64,000 nt of DNA from Galbitalea sp. (GTDB lineage Bacteria > Actinomycetota > Actinomycetes > Actinomycetales > Microbacteriaceae): the NCBI GenBank assembly GCA_036491035.1, contig DASXCU010000150.1, forward strand, positions 3,560-67,559, in the 5' to 3' direction. Made by a program: the position numbers and the translations under genes. This document shows, piece by piece, positions 1-10,028 of the stretch (the first letter of the stretch is position 1; each line of letters opens with the position of its first letter). Below the pieces are notes generated by a model that was not told the origin of the DNA, searched no databases, and saw nothing but the letters and a program-made list of their open reading frames with translations.

Positions 1-367
1 CGGTGCGCATCGGAGTGGTTACGCCGAGCCCGGCCAGCTGGACGATGTCGTCGTGGAGCAGCACCACCTCACGAACGGCCAGCAGGGAACCGGTTGCGGG
101 TCGAGCGCGCGCGGTGGTGTCCGCGCACACCTCGTGACGCGCGGGCGGCAGAAACTGGGCACCCCAGATCCAGGCCGCACTGTGCTGCTCGGCCAGAAAT
201 CGCGGCGGCAGGCCAGCCGCGAGAGCGGCGGCGCGGAGAGCCGGTACGTCGACCTCATCCACTGGTGCAACGCAGTCGTCGACACGGTAGGCCTCCCCAT
301 CCAGGACGAGAGCCGCGAGCTCCGGTGCGGCAAAATCGGGACGGGAAAGGACGGGACCGAGGCGCAT
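1..367 (-). CDS. hypothetical protein, 3' end cut by window edge
   Basis: Absent from the ORF track because it runs off the window. ATG at 367..365, then MRLGPVLSRPDFAAPELAALVLDGEAYRVDD...VVLLHDDIVQLAGLGVTTPMRT. Third codon positions are GC-rich and the frame is open to position 1. Family not recognised. Confidence 0.35.
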   Translation of the reverse strand, partial: MRLGPVLSRPDFAAPELAALVLDGEAYRVDDCVAPVDEVDVPALRAAALAAGLPPRFLAEQHSAAWIWGAQFLPPARHEVCADTTARARPATGSLLAVREVVLLHDDIVQLAGLGVTTPMRT

Positions 368-476
368 CCCGCAATTGTGCGGGCTCGACCGCGCGACGCG
401 TGCGGAGCGCTCACACCTGTGGGGTCCCGACGACCTCGACCGACGGGAAGGAGTTGCGAGCCAGAGGAAGGAGCGG

Positions 477-1715
477 CTACTTCAGTGCGTCAAGCCAGAC
501 GCGACGAGCGTCAAGAGCCTCCTGAGCTTTCGCTACCTTTGCCTTGTCGCCGCTCGCCTTCGCGTCGTCGAGTTCGCGCTCGAGTTTGGCGATCGCCTCG
601 TGCAGCTGGGTGGCCAGTCCCTCGCTTCGCGCCTGCTTCTCGGGATCCGACTTCTGCCAGTGCTCCTCGTCGAGTTTGCGAACCGCGGTCTCGACCCGGC
701 GAAGGCGATCCTCAACGACCTTGACCTTGTCGCGGGGAACTTTGCCGATCTTGTCCCAGCGACGCTGGATGCTCGCGAGAGCCTCCCTCGCCTTGACTCG
801 ATCCGTCACCGTGAGGAGCTTCTCGGCCTCGGTGAGCAACTCCAGCTTCTCGGCCAGGTTGGCCTCGAACTCGACGTTGTCCTTGGCGTCGACCTCGGAT
901 TTAGCCGCGTACAGCGCGTCTCCCGCTGCCTTGAACTGCGCCCACAGGGCGTCGTCGAACTTCTTGCCCGCGCGTCCGGCGAGTTTCCAGTCGTCGAGCA
1001 GCGTGCGATACGCGGGGATGCCGTCTGCACCCTTCGGTGCGAGAGCCTCGGCCTTTGTGACGAGTTCCTGCTTGCGGCCGCGAGCATCCTTGTGGGTGCT
1101 ATCGAGTTCGGCGAAGAAAGCCTTGCGGTGACCGTCGATGGTGGCACGGGCGGCACGGAATCGCTTCCACAGCTCGTTGCTTTCGTTCTTCGGGAGGCGC
1201 GGGCCGTCCTGCTGGTGCTTCTGCCAGCGCGCGAACAGCTCGTCGAGTGTCGCGCTGACCTGCTTCCACTGCGCCTTGGCCGGATCCTGCGCTGCCAGCT
1301 GCTCGACCTCGACAACGATTGCTTCGCGTTCGGTGAGAGCGGCGGCGACGAGAGCCTTGGACTCCTCGGTCTGTTTCTCCGTGAGTTCGCTCACCGTTCC
1401 GCCCAGCGCCTCCAGACGGGTGTGGAGGGCGGCGAGATTGCCGACCGCGTTGGCGGTCGACACGGACGCGGTCAGGGATGCGACGGCTTTCGCGATATCC
1501 GTCGCGGGAGCGCCGCGCTTCGCGCGTTGTTCGAGGAGTGTTACCTGGCCGGCGAGTTCGGTGAACTTGCGCTCGAAGTAGGCGAGCGCCTCCTCCGGGG
1601 TGCCATCCGGATACTGTCCGACGGCGCGTTCGCCCTCGGGCTCGCGAACGAAGACGGTTCCCGTCTCGTCGACGCGCCCCCAAGGGGTCTGTTCGTCAGT
1701 TGCCACAATGCTCAC
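477..1715 (-). CDS. DUF349 domain-containing protein
   Basis: 412 aa, GTG start with AAGG upstream. Repeated helical units of the type W..K..LV..AE.L and ..RW..IG.VPR.. are typical of actinobacterial DUF349 proteins. Confidence 0.85.
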   Translation of the reverse strand: MSIVATDEQTPWGRVDETGTVFVREPEGERAVGQYPDGTPEEALAYFERKFTELAGQVTLLEQRAKRGAPATDIAKAVASLTASVSTANAVGNLAALHTRLEALGGTVSELTEKQTEESKALVAAALTEREAIVVEVEQLAAQDPAKAQWKQVSATLDELFARWQKHQQDGPRLPKNESNELWKRFRAARATIDGHRKAFFAELDSTHKDARGRKQELVTKAEALAPKGADGIPAYRTLLDDWKLAGRAGKKFDDALWAQFKAAGDALYAAKSEVDAKDNVEFEANLAEKLELLTEAEKLLTVTDRVKAREALASIQRRWDKIGKVPRDKVKVVEDRLRRVETAVRKLDEEHWQKSDPEKQARSEGLATQLHEAIAKLERELDDAKASGDKAKVAKAQEALDARRVWLDALK

Positions 1716-1837
1716 CTTGTCTTACCTTGCCCCAGACTGAGGTTGGTCGATCCTGGGACGGTCGTTCAGTTGGTCAGCCGCCACCAGAACGACCGCGCTC
1801 AAGCCTATTGCACGCGGTTCCGAGGGCGTCCCGAACC

Positions 1838-2659
1838 TTACTTGATCGTTACCGAGGTGATCTTCGTCGTCACCTTCGGCGGACCGTCCGTCGTCGTGGT
1901 CGTGTCCGCACCGGTCGGAGTCTTGATCCCCTTCGAGGTGATCTGTGAATTCAGGTCCGCGAGACCGCTCGTGACCTTCCCGAAGATGGAGTAGCCGCCA
2001 GCAGAGTCGGCGGGGATCGTCGTGTCCTTATAGGTGATGAAGAACTGGTGTCCGTTGCCGTACGCGTTGTCGCTCGTGCGAGCCTCAACGATCGAGCCGG
2101 CCGGGTACACGTTGTTGCTGGGCGTGTTCTCGAGCGGTCCGAACGAATACGCGGCGCCCGTGTCGGCGCCGGTTGCCGAGGACGTCCCGCACTGGAGAAC
2201 GTAGAAATTGGCCGAGTTCGTCATACGCCAGCACAGCAGGCCGTCGAAGTAGCCCGACTTGGCGTCCGTAAGGAACGAGGACACGGCCTGCGGCGCGGAC
2301 CCGCCGAGGAGCGAGATGCCGAGCTTCACGTTGTTCAGCTCGAGCGTCCCCGTCCACGCCTTTCCGAGCGCGACCGACTTGCTCGGGACGGCCCCAACGT
2401 TCTTGCCCGCGGCTGCCGTCGGCGTGGGTGTAGCCGTTGCGGATGCTTTCGCCACCGGTTTTCCGGGACCCGAGCTGAAGTAGTAGATCTGGGTGAAGGT
2501 GGCGAGGGTCGCGACGACGACGAGGCCGATCAGCGCGAAGACGTTGTCGCGCACGCGTCGCTTCGACTGGTGCGTGTGTACCGCCTGGCGGGCGTTGTAC
2601 CGACGCAGCCGGTCGCGGGCTTCACGCGCCTCGCGGTCGGTGTTCTTGCTCGGTGCCAC
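1838..2659 (-). CDS. membrane-anchored cyclophilin-type peptidyl-prolyl cis-trans isomerase
   Basis: N-terminal TM helix (VFALIGLVVVATLATF). Cyclophilin core motifs YFDGLLCWRMT, VLQCGT, NGHQFFITY, YSIFGKV. GGAGGA RBS before the GTG start. Confidence 0.85.
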   Translation of the reverse strand: MAPSKNTDREAREARDRLRRYNARQAVHTHQSKRRVRDNVFALIGLVVVATLATFTQIYYFSSGPGKPVAKASATATPTPTAAAGKNVGAVPSKSVALGKAWTGTLELNNVKLGISLLGGSAPQAVSSFLTDAKSGYFDGLLCWRMTNSANFYVLQCGTSSATGADTGAAYSFGPLENTPSNNVYPAGSIVEARTSDNAYGNGHQFFITYKDTTIPADSAGGYSIFGKVTSGLADLNSQITSKGIKTPTGADTTTTTDGPPKVTTKITSVTIK

Positions 2660-2778
2660 TCGTATCCTCCAGGGGTCGTGGGGCGGCGATGCCCCCAGAG
2701 AACTTTACGGGCGAGGGTCTGGGGGAGCCAAATGCCCTGCCCCGGCGCGTGCCGGTAGCCCCCGTTACGATTGCGACC

Positions 2779-4122
2779 ATGGATTCCCGGCCAGGATTGC
2801 GCGGCGGCGTTACGCCCCTGGCGGTTCGGATGCGGCCGACCAGCCTCGACGAGGTCGCCGGCCAGAAGCATCTTCTCGGCCCGGGCTCGCCGCTGGTGAG
2901 CCTCGCCGCCGACAAGTCGGGGGAGCAGGGTGCCGTCTCAGTGATCCTGTGGGGTCCGCCGGGCACCGGTAAGACGACACTCGCCCAGGCGGTGGCTCAC
3001 AGTTCGGGGCGTAACTTCGTCGAGCTGTCGGCCGTCAACGCCGGAGTCGCGGATGTGCGGAAGGTGATGGAGCAGGCTCTGTCGCAGCGCGACCTGTACG
3101 GCGTGACGACCGTGCTGTTCCTCGATGAGATCCACCGGTTCTCGAAGGCACAACAGGATGCGCTGCTTCCGGGCGTCGAAAACGGCTGGATCATCCTCAT
3201 TGCCGCGACAACGGAGAATCCATCGTTCTCGGTCATCTCGCCACTGCTGTCGCGCTCGCTCCTGCTGACACTCGAACAGCTCACCGACGACGACCTCGGC
3301 ATCGTCATCGACCGGGCCGTGACGGATGCGCGTGGTCTCGCGGATAGCGTGATCCTTACTCCCGAGGCGCGCGGCGCACTCATCCGGCTGTCATCCGGGG
3401 ATGCACGTCGAGCACTTACCGCGCTCGAGGCGGCCGCGTTCTCGGCAACGGCGTCATCCGACTTCGATGAGGACAGCGACGAGAAACCGGTCATTACCGA
3501 CGACATCGTCTCGCTTGCGGTCGATCGTGCGCTCCTGCGTTACGACCGGCAGGGGGACGAGCACTACGACGTCATCAGCGCCTTCATCAAGTCGATTCGA
3601 GGCTCGGATGCCGACGCAGCGCTCCACTACCTGGCCCGGATGATCGAAGCCGGCGAGGATCCCCGCTTCATTGCCCGTCGTGTGATGATCAGTGCCGCGG
3701 AAGATGTCGGGATGGCGGACCCGCAGGCCCTCCTGATCGCAGTAGCCGCCGCGGACGCCGTCCAGTACGTCGGTATGCCGGAGGGACGGATCCCCCTGGC
3801 CGAGGCGGTGGTCTACCTCGCGACGGCGCCAAAATCGAATGCCTCGTACATGGCCCTCGACGCCGCGATCATGGATGTTCGCGCCGGTAACTTCGGGCGC
3901 GTTCCACCGCCGCTCCGGGACGCCCACTACCCCGGAGCGAAGAAGCTCGGGCACGGCAAGGGCTACACGTACTCGCACGATTCGGAACTCGGAGTGGTGG
4001 AACAGCAGTACCTGCCCGACGAACTGCTCGGCGTCAACTATTACAAGCCCACCGATCACGGCAACGAGCGGGACGTCTCGGCGCGCTGGGAGAAACTGAA
4101 GCGGATCATTCGTGGGAAGTAG
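2779..4122 (+). CDS. rarA: replication-associated recombination protein A (AAA+ ATPase)
   Basis: PLAVRMRPTSLDEVAGQKHLLG, Walker A GPPGTGKTT, Walker B LFLDEIHRF, and a MgsA C-terminal domain (HYDVISAFIKSIRGSD, PRFIARR). The start is uncertain: the ORF is open from 2653, with ATG at 2689 and 2779. Confidence 0.85.
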   Translation: MDSRPGLRGGVTPLAVRMRPTSLDEVAGQKHLLGPGSPLVSLAADKSGEQGAVSVILWGPPGTGKTTLAQAVAHSSGRNFVELSAVNAGVADVRKVMEQALSQRDLYGVTTVLFLDEIHRFSKAQQDALLPGVENGWIILIAATTENPSFSVISPLLSRSLLLTLEQLTDDDLGIVIDRAVTDARGLADSVILTPEARGALIRLSSGDARRALTALEAAAFSATASSDFDEDSDEKPVITDDIVSLAVDRALLRYDRQGDEHYDVISAFIKSIRGSDADAALHYLARMIEAGEDPRFIARRVMISAAEDVGMADPQALLIAVAAADAVQYVGMPEGRIPLAEAVVYLATAPKSNASYMALDAAIMDVRAGNFGRVPPPLRDAHYPGAKKLGHGKGYTYSHDSELGVVEQQYLPDELLGVNYYKPTDHGNERDVSARWEKLKRIIRGK

Positions 4123-4404
4123 ATGCTGCCGGGGGAGCCCGTGGGACGCGACTTTTCCTTCAATTTGAACCGAACGCGCACATCCACGCCGCTTTAACCC
4201 CACGGGCTACCCGTGCTACCCTGAAACCTGCGTAATTCCGGTTCTCTGCGCACGGCTGCTGCTTCGAACCGGACAAGATGTTCTTGATCTTTAGCCGATC
4301 GGGCATCGTCGCGAAAATCCTCTACTTTCACCGCGTATCGCTTTGCGCGCTTTTGCGAAGGCGCGAGCATCCGGTAGCCAACTTCCATCAACGAAAGAGA
4401 ATCC

Positions 4405-5034
4405 GTGTCAACCAAGTCACGTACCCGCAGCAAGACTCGCCTGTCTCGCGCGCTGGGCATTGCACTAACCCCGAAGGCCGCCAAGTACCTTGAGAAGCGT
4501 CCGTACGCTCCGGGCGAGCACGGCCGCACCAAGCGCAAGGCCGACAGCGACTACGCCGTCCGTCTCCGCGAGAAGCAGCGCCTGCGCGCGCAGTACGGCA
4601 TCCGCGAAGCACAGCTGAAGATCCAGTTCGAAGAGGCTCGCCGCTCCGCCGGCCTGACCGGTGAGAACCTGGTCGAGCAGCTCGAAATGCGCCTCGACGC
4701 CATCCTCGTGCGTTCGGCGATCGCTCGCACGACCGCCCAGGCTCGCCAGATGGTAGTTCACCGCCACATCCTCGTCGACGGCCAGCTCGTCGACCGGCCG
4801 TCATTCCGCGTAAAGCCGGGCCAGCTCGTCCACGTCAAGGCTCGCTCGGAGGGCATGGAGCCATTCCAGGTTGCCGCCGCCGGCGGACACGTGGATGTCC
4901 TGCCGAAGACCCCGGGCTACCTCGAGGTCGAGCTCGACAAGCTGCAGGCGCGACTGGTTCGCCGCCCGAAGCGCGCCGAGGTTCCGATCACGTGTGAAGT
5001 CCAGCTCGTTGTCGAGTACTACGCAGCGCGCTAG
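4405..5034 (+). CDS. rpsD: 30S ribosomal protein S4
   Basis: TRLSRALGIALTPKA...YAVRLREKQRLRAQYGIREAQL and an S4 RNA-binding domain (RLDAILVRSAIARTTAQARQMVVHRHILVDG). Confidence 0.95.
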   Translation: MSTKSRTRSKTRLSRALGIALTPKAAKYLEKRPYAPGEHGRTKRKADSDYAVRLREKQRLRAQYGIREAQLKIQFEEARRSAGLTGENLVEQLEMRLDAILVRSAIARTTAQARQMVVHRHILVDGQLVDRPSFRVKPGQLVHVKARSEGMEPFQVAAAGGHVDVLPKTPGYLEVELDKLQARLVRRPKRAEVPITCEVQLVVEYYAAR

Positions 5035-5060
5035 GTTTCGATACCAAACAAGCACACACA

Positions 5061-5096
5061 CAACAGGGTGCCAGCGTTCGCGCTGGCACCCTGTTG
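5061..5096 (+). terminator. strong hairpin downstream of rpsD (probable intrinsic terminator)
   Basis: CAACAGGGTGCCAGCG-TT-CGCTGGCACCCTGTTG forms a perfect 16-nt inverted repeat 27 nt after the rpsD stop. The following CTGTTG tail is only weakly U-rich. Confidence 0.55.
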
Positions 5097-5151
5097 CTGT
5101 TGCGCCGATAGGCTTGCCGTACACATCCACCCCGTTACGAAGGAGCGTCCC

Positions 5152-5334
5152 ATGAAGAACATCCTGTTGCTCGTCGCCGGTGTTGCGGCCGGGTTTGCGA
5201 TCGCTCACCAGGTGAGTAAGACGGACGCCGGCAAGCAGTTCTTCGAGGACGTCGACAACCGCGCGCGAGAGTTCAGCGCCGCTCTGATTGACGGCTACAA
5301 GGCCCGCGAGGCGGAGCTGCGCTCGCACCTCTAA
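5152..5334 (+). CDS. small membrane-anchored protein (YtxH-like architecture), 60 aa
   Basis: ATG at 5152 preceded by AAGGAG. N-terminal TM helix MKNILLLVAGVAAGFAIA followed by an amphipathic helix. The track's longer form from 5068 would begin inside the rpsD terminator hairpin. Confidence 0.5.
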   Translation: MKNILLLVAGVAAGFAIAHQVSKTDAGKQFFEDVDNRAREFSAALIDGYKAREAELRSHL

Positions 5335-5384
5335 GCCCGGCTTTGGCCCGGATCGTATTTTTCTCTCGTTAGACCCAGGAACCC

Positions 5385-8039
5385 ATGCAGACTGCAGACA
5401 TCCAGAGCCGTTGGCTCAATTTCTTCGGCGACCGCGGGCACACCATCGTGCCGTCCGCGTCGCTGGTCAGCGACGACCCGACCCTGCTGTTCACGGTGGC
5501 CGGCATGGTTCCGTTCGTCCCGTACCTGACCGGTCTGGTGCCCGCCCCGTACCCGCGTGCGACGAGCGTGCAGAAGTGCATCCGAACCCTCGATATCGAG
5601 GAGGTCGGTAAGACACCGCGTCACGGAACGTTCTTCCAGATGAACGGCAATTTCTCCTTCGGCGACTACTTCAAGGAGCAGGCCATCGCGTACGCGTGGG
5701 AGCTGTTGACGTCGCCGGAATCCGACGGCGGGCTCGGGTTCCAGCCGAACGACCTCTGGGTCACGGTCTATAAGGACGATGACGAGGCCATCGCGCTCTG
5801 GAAGAAGATCGCGGGTCTGCCCGAGGAGCGCATCCAGCGGCTCGACATGGACACCAACTACTGGTCGACCGGCCAGCCGGGTCCCGCCGGTCCCTGCTCG
5901 GAGATCTTCTTCGACCGTGGGCCCGCCTATGGCCGGGATGGAGGTCCCGCGACGGACGACGACCGCTATGTGGAGATCTGGAACCTCGTGTTCATGCAGT
6001 ACCTGCGTGGCGAGGGCAGCGGTAAGAGCTTCGAGATTCTCGGTGAGCTGCCCAAGAAGAACATCGATACCGGCATGGGGATGGAGCGCGTCGCGTTCCT
6101 GAAACAGGGTGTCGAGAACTTCTACGAGATCGACCAGGTTCGGCCCGTCCTCGATCTCGCCGAAGCGCTGTCGGGCCGGCGCTACGGCGCCAATCATGAC
6201 GATGACGTTCGGATGCGCGTGGTCGCCGACCACGTTCGCTCCTCGCTCATGCTCATGTCCGACGGCGTGACGCCCAGCAACGAGGGACGCGGGTACATTC
6301 TGCGCCGCCTGTTGCGCCGCAGCGTTCGCGCGATGCGACTGCTCGGCGTCGAGGAGCCGACCTTCGCGGAGCTGTTCCCGGCGTCACGCGATGCTATGAA
6401 GGCCTCCTATCCGGAGGTCGCGTCGGAGTACGACCGCATTTCACGGCTCGCTCTCGGCGAGGAGGAGACCTTCCTTCGCACGCTCGCGTCGGGCACCAGC
6501 ATCCTCGACGTCGCGGTCGAGCGGACGGCGAAGGCGGGCGGGACGCAGCTCGCCGGCGACACCGCGTTCCTGCTGCACGACACCTTCGGTTTCCCGATCG
6601 ATCTGACGCTCGAGGTCGCGGAGGAGGCTGGCCTTTCCGTCGACCGGAATGCGTTCGACACGCTCATGCTCGAGCAGCGCACGAAAGCCAAAGCGGATGC
6701 GAAGGCGAAGAAGACGGCGCTGGCCGATCTCTCCGTGTACAGCGAATTCCGGGCGGCCGGCGAGACGGTTTTTACCGGCTATGACCTGCTGACCACGGAG
6801 AGCACGATTCTCGGCCTGATCGTCGGGGGAGAGTCGGTGCCGAGGGCTGTCGTCGGCGACATCGCCGAGGTCATCCTCGCGGAGACGGCGCTCTATGCCG
6901 AGTCCGGTGGCCAGGAGGCCGACGCCGGCGCGATCGTCGGAAAGGGCTTCGATCTCGAGGTCCTGGATGTGCAGAAGCCGGTCAAGGGGCTGATCAGCCA
7001 TCGCGTGCAGGTGCGCAGCGGCGAGGTCGCCGTCGGGGACGCCGCGACGAGCGTCGTGGACCCGGTCTGGCGTCACGCAGCGGCGCAGGCGCACTCGGCG
7101 ACCCATCTCATCCACGCCGCTCTCCGCCAGACGCTGGGCGAGGAGGCGCATCAGGCGGGCTCGTACAACAAGGCCGGCTACATGCGGCTGGACTTCAACT
7201 GGAGCAAGCCGCTCTCGCACGAGACGCGCAGCGAGATCGAGAACATCGCCAACAACGCGATAGTTGACAACCTCGAGGTGACCACGCGCGTGCTCCCGCT
7301 CGAGGAGGCGAAGGCGCTCGGCGCGATGGCCCTGTTCGGCGAGAAGTACGGCAACGAGGTACGCGTCGTCCAGATCGGCAGCCCGTGGTCGCTCGAACTC
7401 TGCGCCGGCACGCACGTCAGCCGGTCATCCGAGGTCGGTCTGATCAACCTTGTCAGCGAGTCGTCGATCGGCTCGACCAATCGTCGTATCGAGTCCCTCG
7501 TCGGCCTGGACGCTTTTAAGGACCTCGCGGCCGAGCGAGCGATCGTTTCCACGATCTCCTCGTCGCTGAAGACCCCGCGCGAGCAGTTGCCGGAGCGCGT
7601 TGCAGAACTCGCCGCGAACCTGAAAGCCGCCGAAAAGCGGATCGCAGCCTATGAGGCCAGTGAGCGCAGCGGACGAGTGCCGGCCATCGCGCAGTCGGCG
7701 ACGCGCGTCGGCGATGTCCTGCTCGTGGTCGAGAACGTCGGCTCGCTGGGGTCGACGGACGATCTTCGTTCGCTGGCGACGAGCGTCCGCGAGCGTCTGG
7801 GTACGGAGGCATCCGTGACTGCACTGGCGGGCACCGTGGATGGCAAGCCGTCGGTGATCGTCGCCACGAACGAAGCTGCGCGCAAAATCGGAGCGAACGC
7901 GGGAACACTGGCGAAGCTCGCAGCGTCAGTGCTCGGCGGCGGCGGTGGTGGCAAGGATGACCTGGCGCAGGGCGGCGGCTCCAACGTGTCAGCGATCGGT
8001 GCAGCACTGGACGCGATCCGCGAATCCCTCGTGGCGTAG
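5385..8039 (+). CDS. alaS: alanine--tRNA ligase
   Basis: 884 aa. Class II core (FFQMNGNFSFGDYFK), editing-domain HSATHLIHAAL and CAGTHV motifs, C-terminal DHHA1-like region. Confidence 0.97.
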   Translation: MQTADIQSRWLNFFGDRGHTIVPSASLVSDDPTLLFTVAGMVPFVPYLTGLVPAPYPRATSVQKCIRTLDIEEVGKTPRHGTFFQMNGNFSFGDYFKEQAIAYAWELLTSPESDGGLGFQPNDLWVTVYKDDDEAIALWKKIAGLPEERIQRLDMDTNYWSTGQPGPAGPCSEIFFDRGPAYGRDGGPATDDDRYVEIWNLVFMQYLRGEGSGKSFEILGELPKKNIDTGMGMERVAFLKQGVENFYEIDQVRPVLDLAEALSGRRYGANHDDDVRMRVVADHVRSSLMLMSDGVTPSNEGRGYILRRLLRRSVRAMRLLGVEEPTFAELFPASRDAMKASYPEVASEYDRISRLALGEEETFLRTLASGTSILDVAVERTAKAGGTQLAGDTAFLLHDTFGFPIDLTLEVAEEAGLSVDRNAFDTLMLEQRTKAKADAKAKKTALADLSVYSEFRAAGETVFTGYDLLTTESTILGLIVGGESVPRAVVGDIAEVILAETALYAESGGQEADAGAIVGKGFDLEVLDVQKPVKGLISHRVQVRSGEVAVGDAATSVVDPVWRHAAAQAHSATHLIHAALRQTLGEEAHQAGSYNKAGYMRLDFNWSKPLSHETRSEIENIANNAIVDNLEVTTRVLPLEEAKALGAMALFGEKYGNEVRVVQIGSPWSLELCAGTHVSRSSEVGLINLVSESSIGSTNRRIESLVGLDAFKDLAAERAIVSTISSSLKTPREQLPERVAELAANLKAAEKRIAAYEASERSGRVPAIAQSATRVGDVLLVVENVGSLGSTDDLRSLATSVRERLGTEASVTALAGTVDGKPSVIVATNEAARKIGANAGTLAKLAASVLGGGGGGKDDLAQGGGSNVSAIGAALDAIRESLVA

Positions 8040-8046
8040 GCGCCGC

Positions 8047-8520
8047 GTGCGGCCGGGTGTTCGCGTCGGTGTCGATGTCGGTAAGGTCCGAATCGGCGTT
8101 GCGCGCAGCGATCCGCACGGGATGCTGGCGACCCCGGTGGAGACCGTTGCGCGCGGCTCCGGGGACGTCGAACGCATCCTCGCCATCGCGGCGGAGACGG
8201 ACGCAATGGAGTTGATCGTCGGGCTTCCGCTCTCGCTGGCGGGCACCGCGACGGCGTCGACGGATGACGCGACGGGCTTCGCATCGCGCCTGGCCGGAGC
8301 GACGACCTTGCCCGTCCGGCTGGTTGACGAGCGACTCTCGACGGTGTCCGCGCAGTCCGCGCTCAGGGCGTCCGGACGGTCGTCTCGTCAATCGCGTCCC
8401 GTGATCGATCAGGTTGCCGCTGTTATTATCGTGCAGCACGCTCTCGACTCGGAGCGCGCAGCGGGAACTCCGCCGGGCGAGATCGCCCACCCGGACGAAG
8501 GGCAGCACGATGGCCGATGA
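8047..8520 (+). CDS. ruvX: Holliday junction resolvase-like protein RuvX/YqgF
   Basis: GTG at 8047 just after the alaS stop. GVDVGKVRIGVARSD...LIVGLPLSLAGT..., the YqgF pattern. Confidence 0.85.
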   Translation: MRPGVRVGVDVGKVRIGVARSDPHGMLATPVETVARGSGDVERILAIAAETDAMELIVGLPLSLAGTATASTDDATGFASRLAGATTLPVRLVDERLSTVSAQSALRASGRSSRQSRPVIDQVAAVIIVQHALDSERAAGTPPGEIAHPDEGQHDGR

Positions 8521-10015
8521 GCCGACCTGGGACGACCTCTTTGGTGAACCGCTAACCCCAACGGCGCAGCAGCCTCCCGTGCAGCAGCCTCCGGCCCAGC
8601 AGCAGCCGCCTGTGCAGACCTCGGCGCCCTCCGCCCCGGTCCAGAACACCCCGACGTATCCGGCGCACTCGGTGCCGACGCAGTCCGTACCCGCGCCCAA
8701 TGTCGCGCCGCCGGCCCAGCAGCAGGCTCCGACCCAGGCGGCTCAGCCGACCCAGGTTCAGCCGCCCCAGCCGTTCGTCCAGCAGGCGCCCGCTCAGCCA
8801 ACCTATGTCAGCCAACTCCCTTCCGCCCCCACACGCACGCACGCGCCGCAGGTCGACGATCCGTTCCGACCGGACGCGGCCGACGACTCCGCTCGCCGGG
8901 GCGGTGGGCGCGGTCCGCGCAACAACCGCGGTGGATACCGTCCCGAGAAGCCGAAGCGAAAGCTCACCTGGCTCTGGGTCCTCATCGTCCTGGTCGTACT
9001 CGGCGGCTCCGGTGCCGGCATCGTGTATGCAGCGTTCGGGCCCCAGATCCGTCACGTCATGGGCTGGGAGCCGTCCATCGACTACACGAGCACGACAGGC
9101 AACGGCCAGAGCGCCACGGTGACGATCCTTCCGGGCCAGATCGGGGCGGATGTCGCTAACAGCCTTGCGAAGGCCGGCGTCACCAAGACCTCGGCGGCGT
9201 TCTACGACCTGTTGCTCAAGCAGAAGAAGGCGCCGAACTTCGAACCGGGCACGTACAAGCTCGGGCAGCAGATCAGCGCCAAGGCGGCTCTCGCCGAGAT
9301 CAGCGACCCGAAGAACCGCGTTGTGTCGAAGGTGGTGATCCCGGAGGGCTTCAACCTGAACGCGATCCTGACCCGGCTCAACCAGAAGACCGGTACGTCG
9401 CTCAGCGATCTCAAGGCCCAGGCGAAGAACTACACGCAGTTCGGCCTCCCCGCCGGCGCGCCGAGCCTCGAGGGTTTTCTGTTCCCCGCGACCTACTCCT
9501 TCGACCCCGGCACGTCCGCGAAGGTCGAGCTGCAGACGATGGTCACCCGCATGAACCAGTCGCTGAAGTCACACGGTGTCGCGCCTGCGGATGAGCTCAA
9601 GGTTCTCACCATGGCCTCGATCATCCAGAAGGAGTCGGGATCCGTCGCCGACGACTACAAGGTGTCGCGAGTCTTTGCGAACCGCATCGCCGCGGGGATG
9701 CCGCTGCAGTCCGATGCGACGGTCAGCTACGGCGCCGGGTCGAAGACGATCGCCACCACCGCGGCGCAGCGCGCCGACGCCAGCAACCTCTACAACACCT
9801 ACGCCCACGCCGGCCTGCCGGTGGGTCCCATCGCTTCTCCCGGAGACAAGGCGATCGATGCGGCACTGCACCCGGTAGCGGGGCCGTGGATCTACTTCGT
9901 GCTGGTCAACGGCGATACGGGAGAGTCCGTGTTCTCGACGACCGCAGCCGGACAGGCTGCAGCGACGAAGCAGTGGCAGGCGTGGCTGAAGGCGCACCCG
10001 GGTTACGGCCAGTAG
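8510..10015 (+). CDS. mltG: endolytic transglycosylase MltG (YceG family) with a long P/Q-rich N-terminal extension
   Basis: ATG at 8510 overlaps the ruvX stop. Single TM helix (LTWLWVLIVLVVLGGSGAGIVYAAF). YceG core (VIPEGFNLNAI, LTMASIIQKES, LQSDATVSYG, YNTYAHAGLPVGPIASPG). Confidence 0.85.
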   Translation: MADEPTWDDLFGEPLTPTAQQPPVQQPPAQQQPPVQTSAPSAPVQNTPTYPAHSVPTQSVPAPNVAPPAQQQAPTQAAQPTQVQPPQPFVQQAPAQPTYVSQLPSAPTRTHAPQVDDPFRPDAADDSARRGGGRGPRNNRGGYRPEKPKRKLTWLWVLIVLVVLGGSGAGIVYAAFGPQIRHVMGWEPSIDYTSTTGNGQSATVTILPGQIGADVANSLAKAGVTKTSAAFYDLLLKQKKAPNFEPGTYKLGQQISAKAALAEISDPKNRVVSKVVIPEGFNLNAILTRLNQKTGTSLSDLKAQAKNYTQFGLPAGAPSLEGFLFPATYSFDPGTSAKVELQTMVTRMNQSLKSHGVAPADELKVLTMASIIQKESGSVADDYKVSRVFANRIAAGMPLQSDATVSYGAGSKTIATTAAQRADASNLYNTYAHAGLPVGPIASPGDKAIDAALHPVAGPWIYFVLVNGDTGESVFSTTAAGQAAATKQWQAWLKAHPGYGQ

Positions 10016-10028
10016 GAGTCGATTAGTC

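Noticed and set aside
5068-5151. The longer 88-aa form of the small ORF upstream of alaS.
   Set aside because: Its first 28 codons lie inside the rpsD terminator hairpin and are Cys/Ala-rich nonsense. The ATG at 5152 has an AAGGAG RBS.
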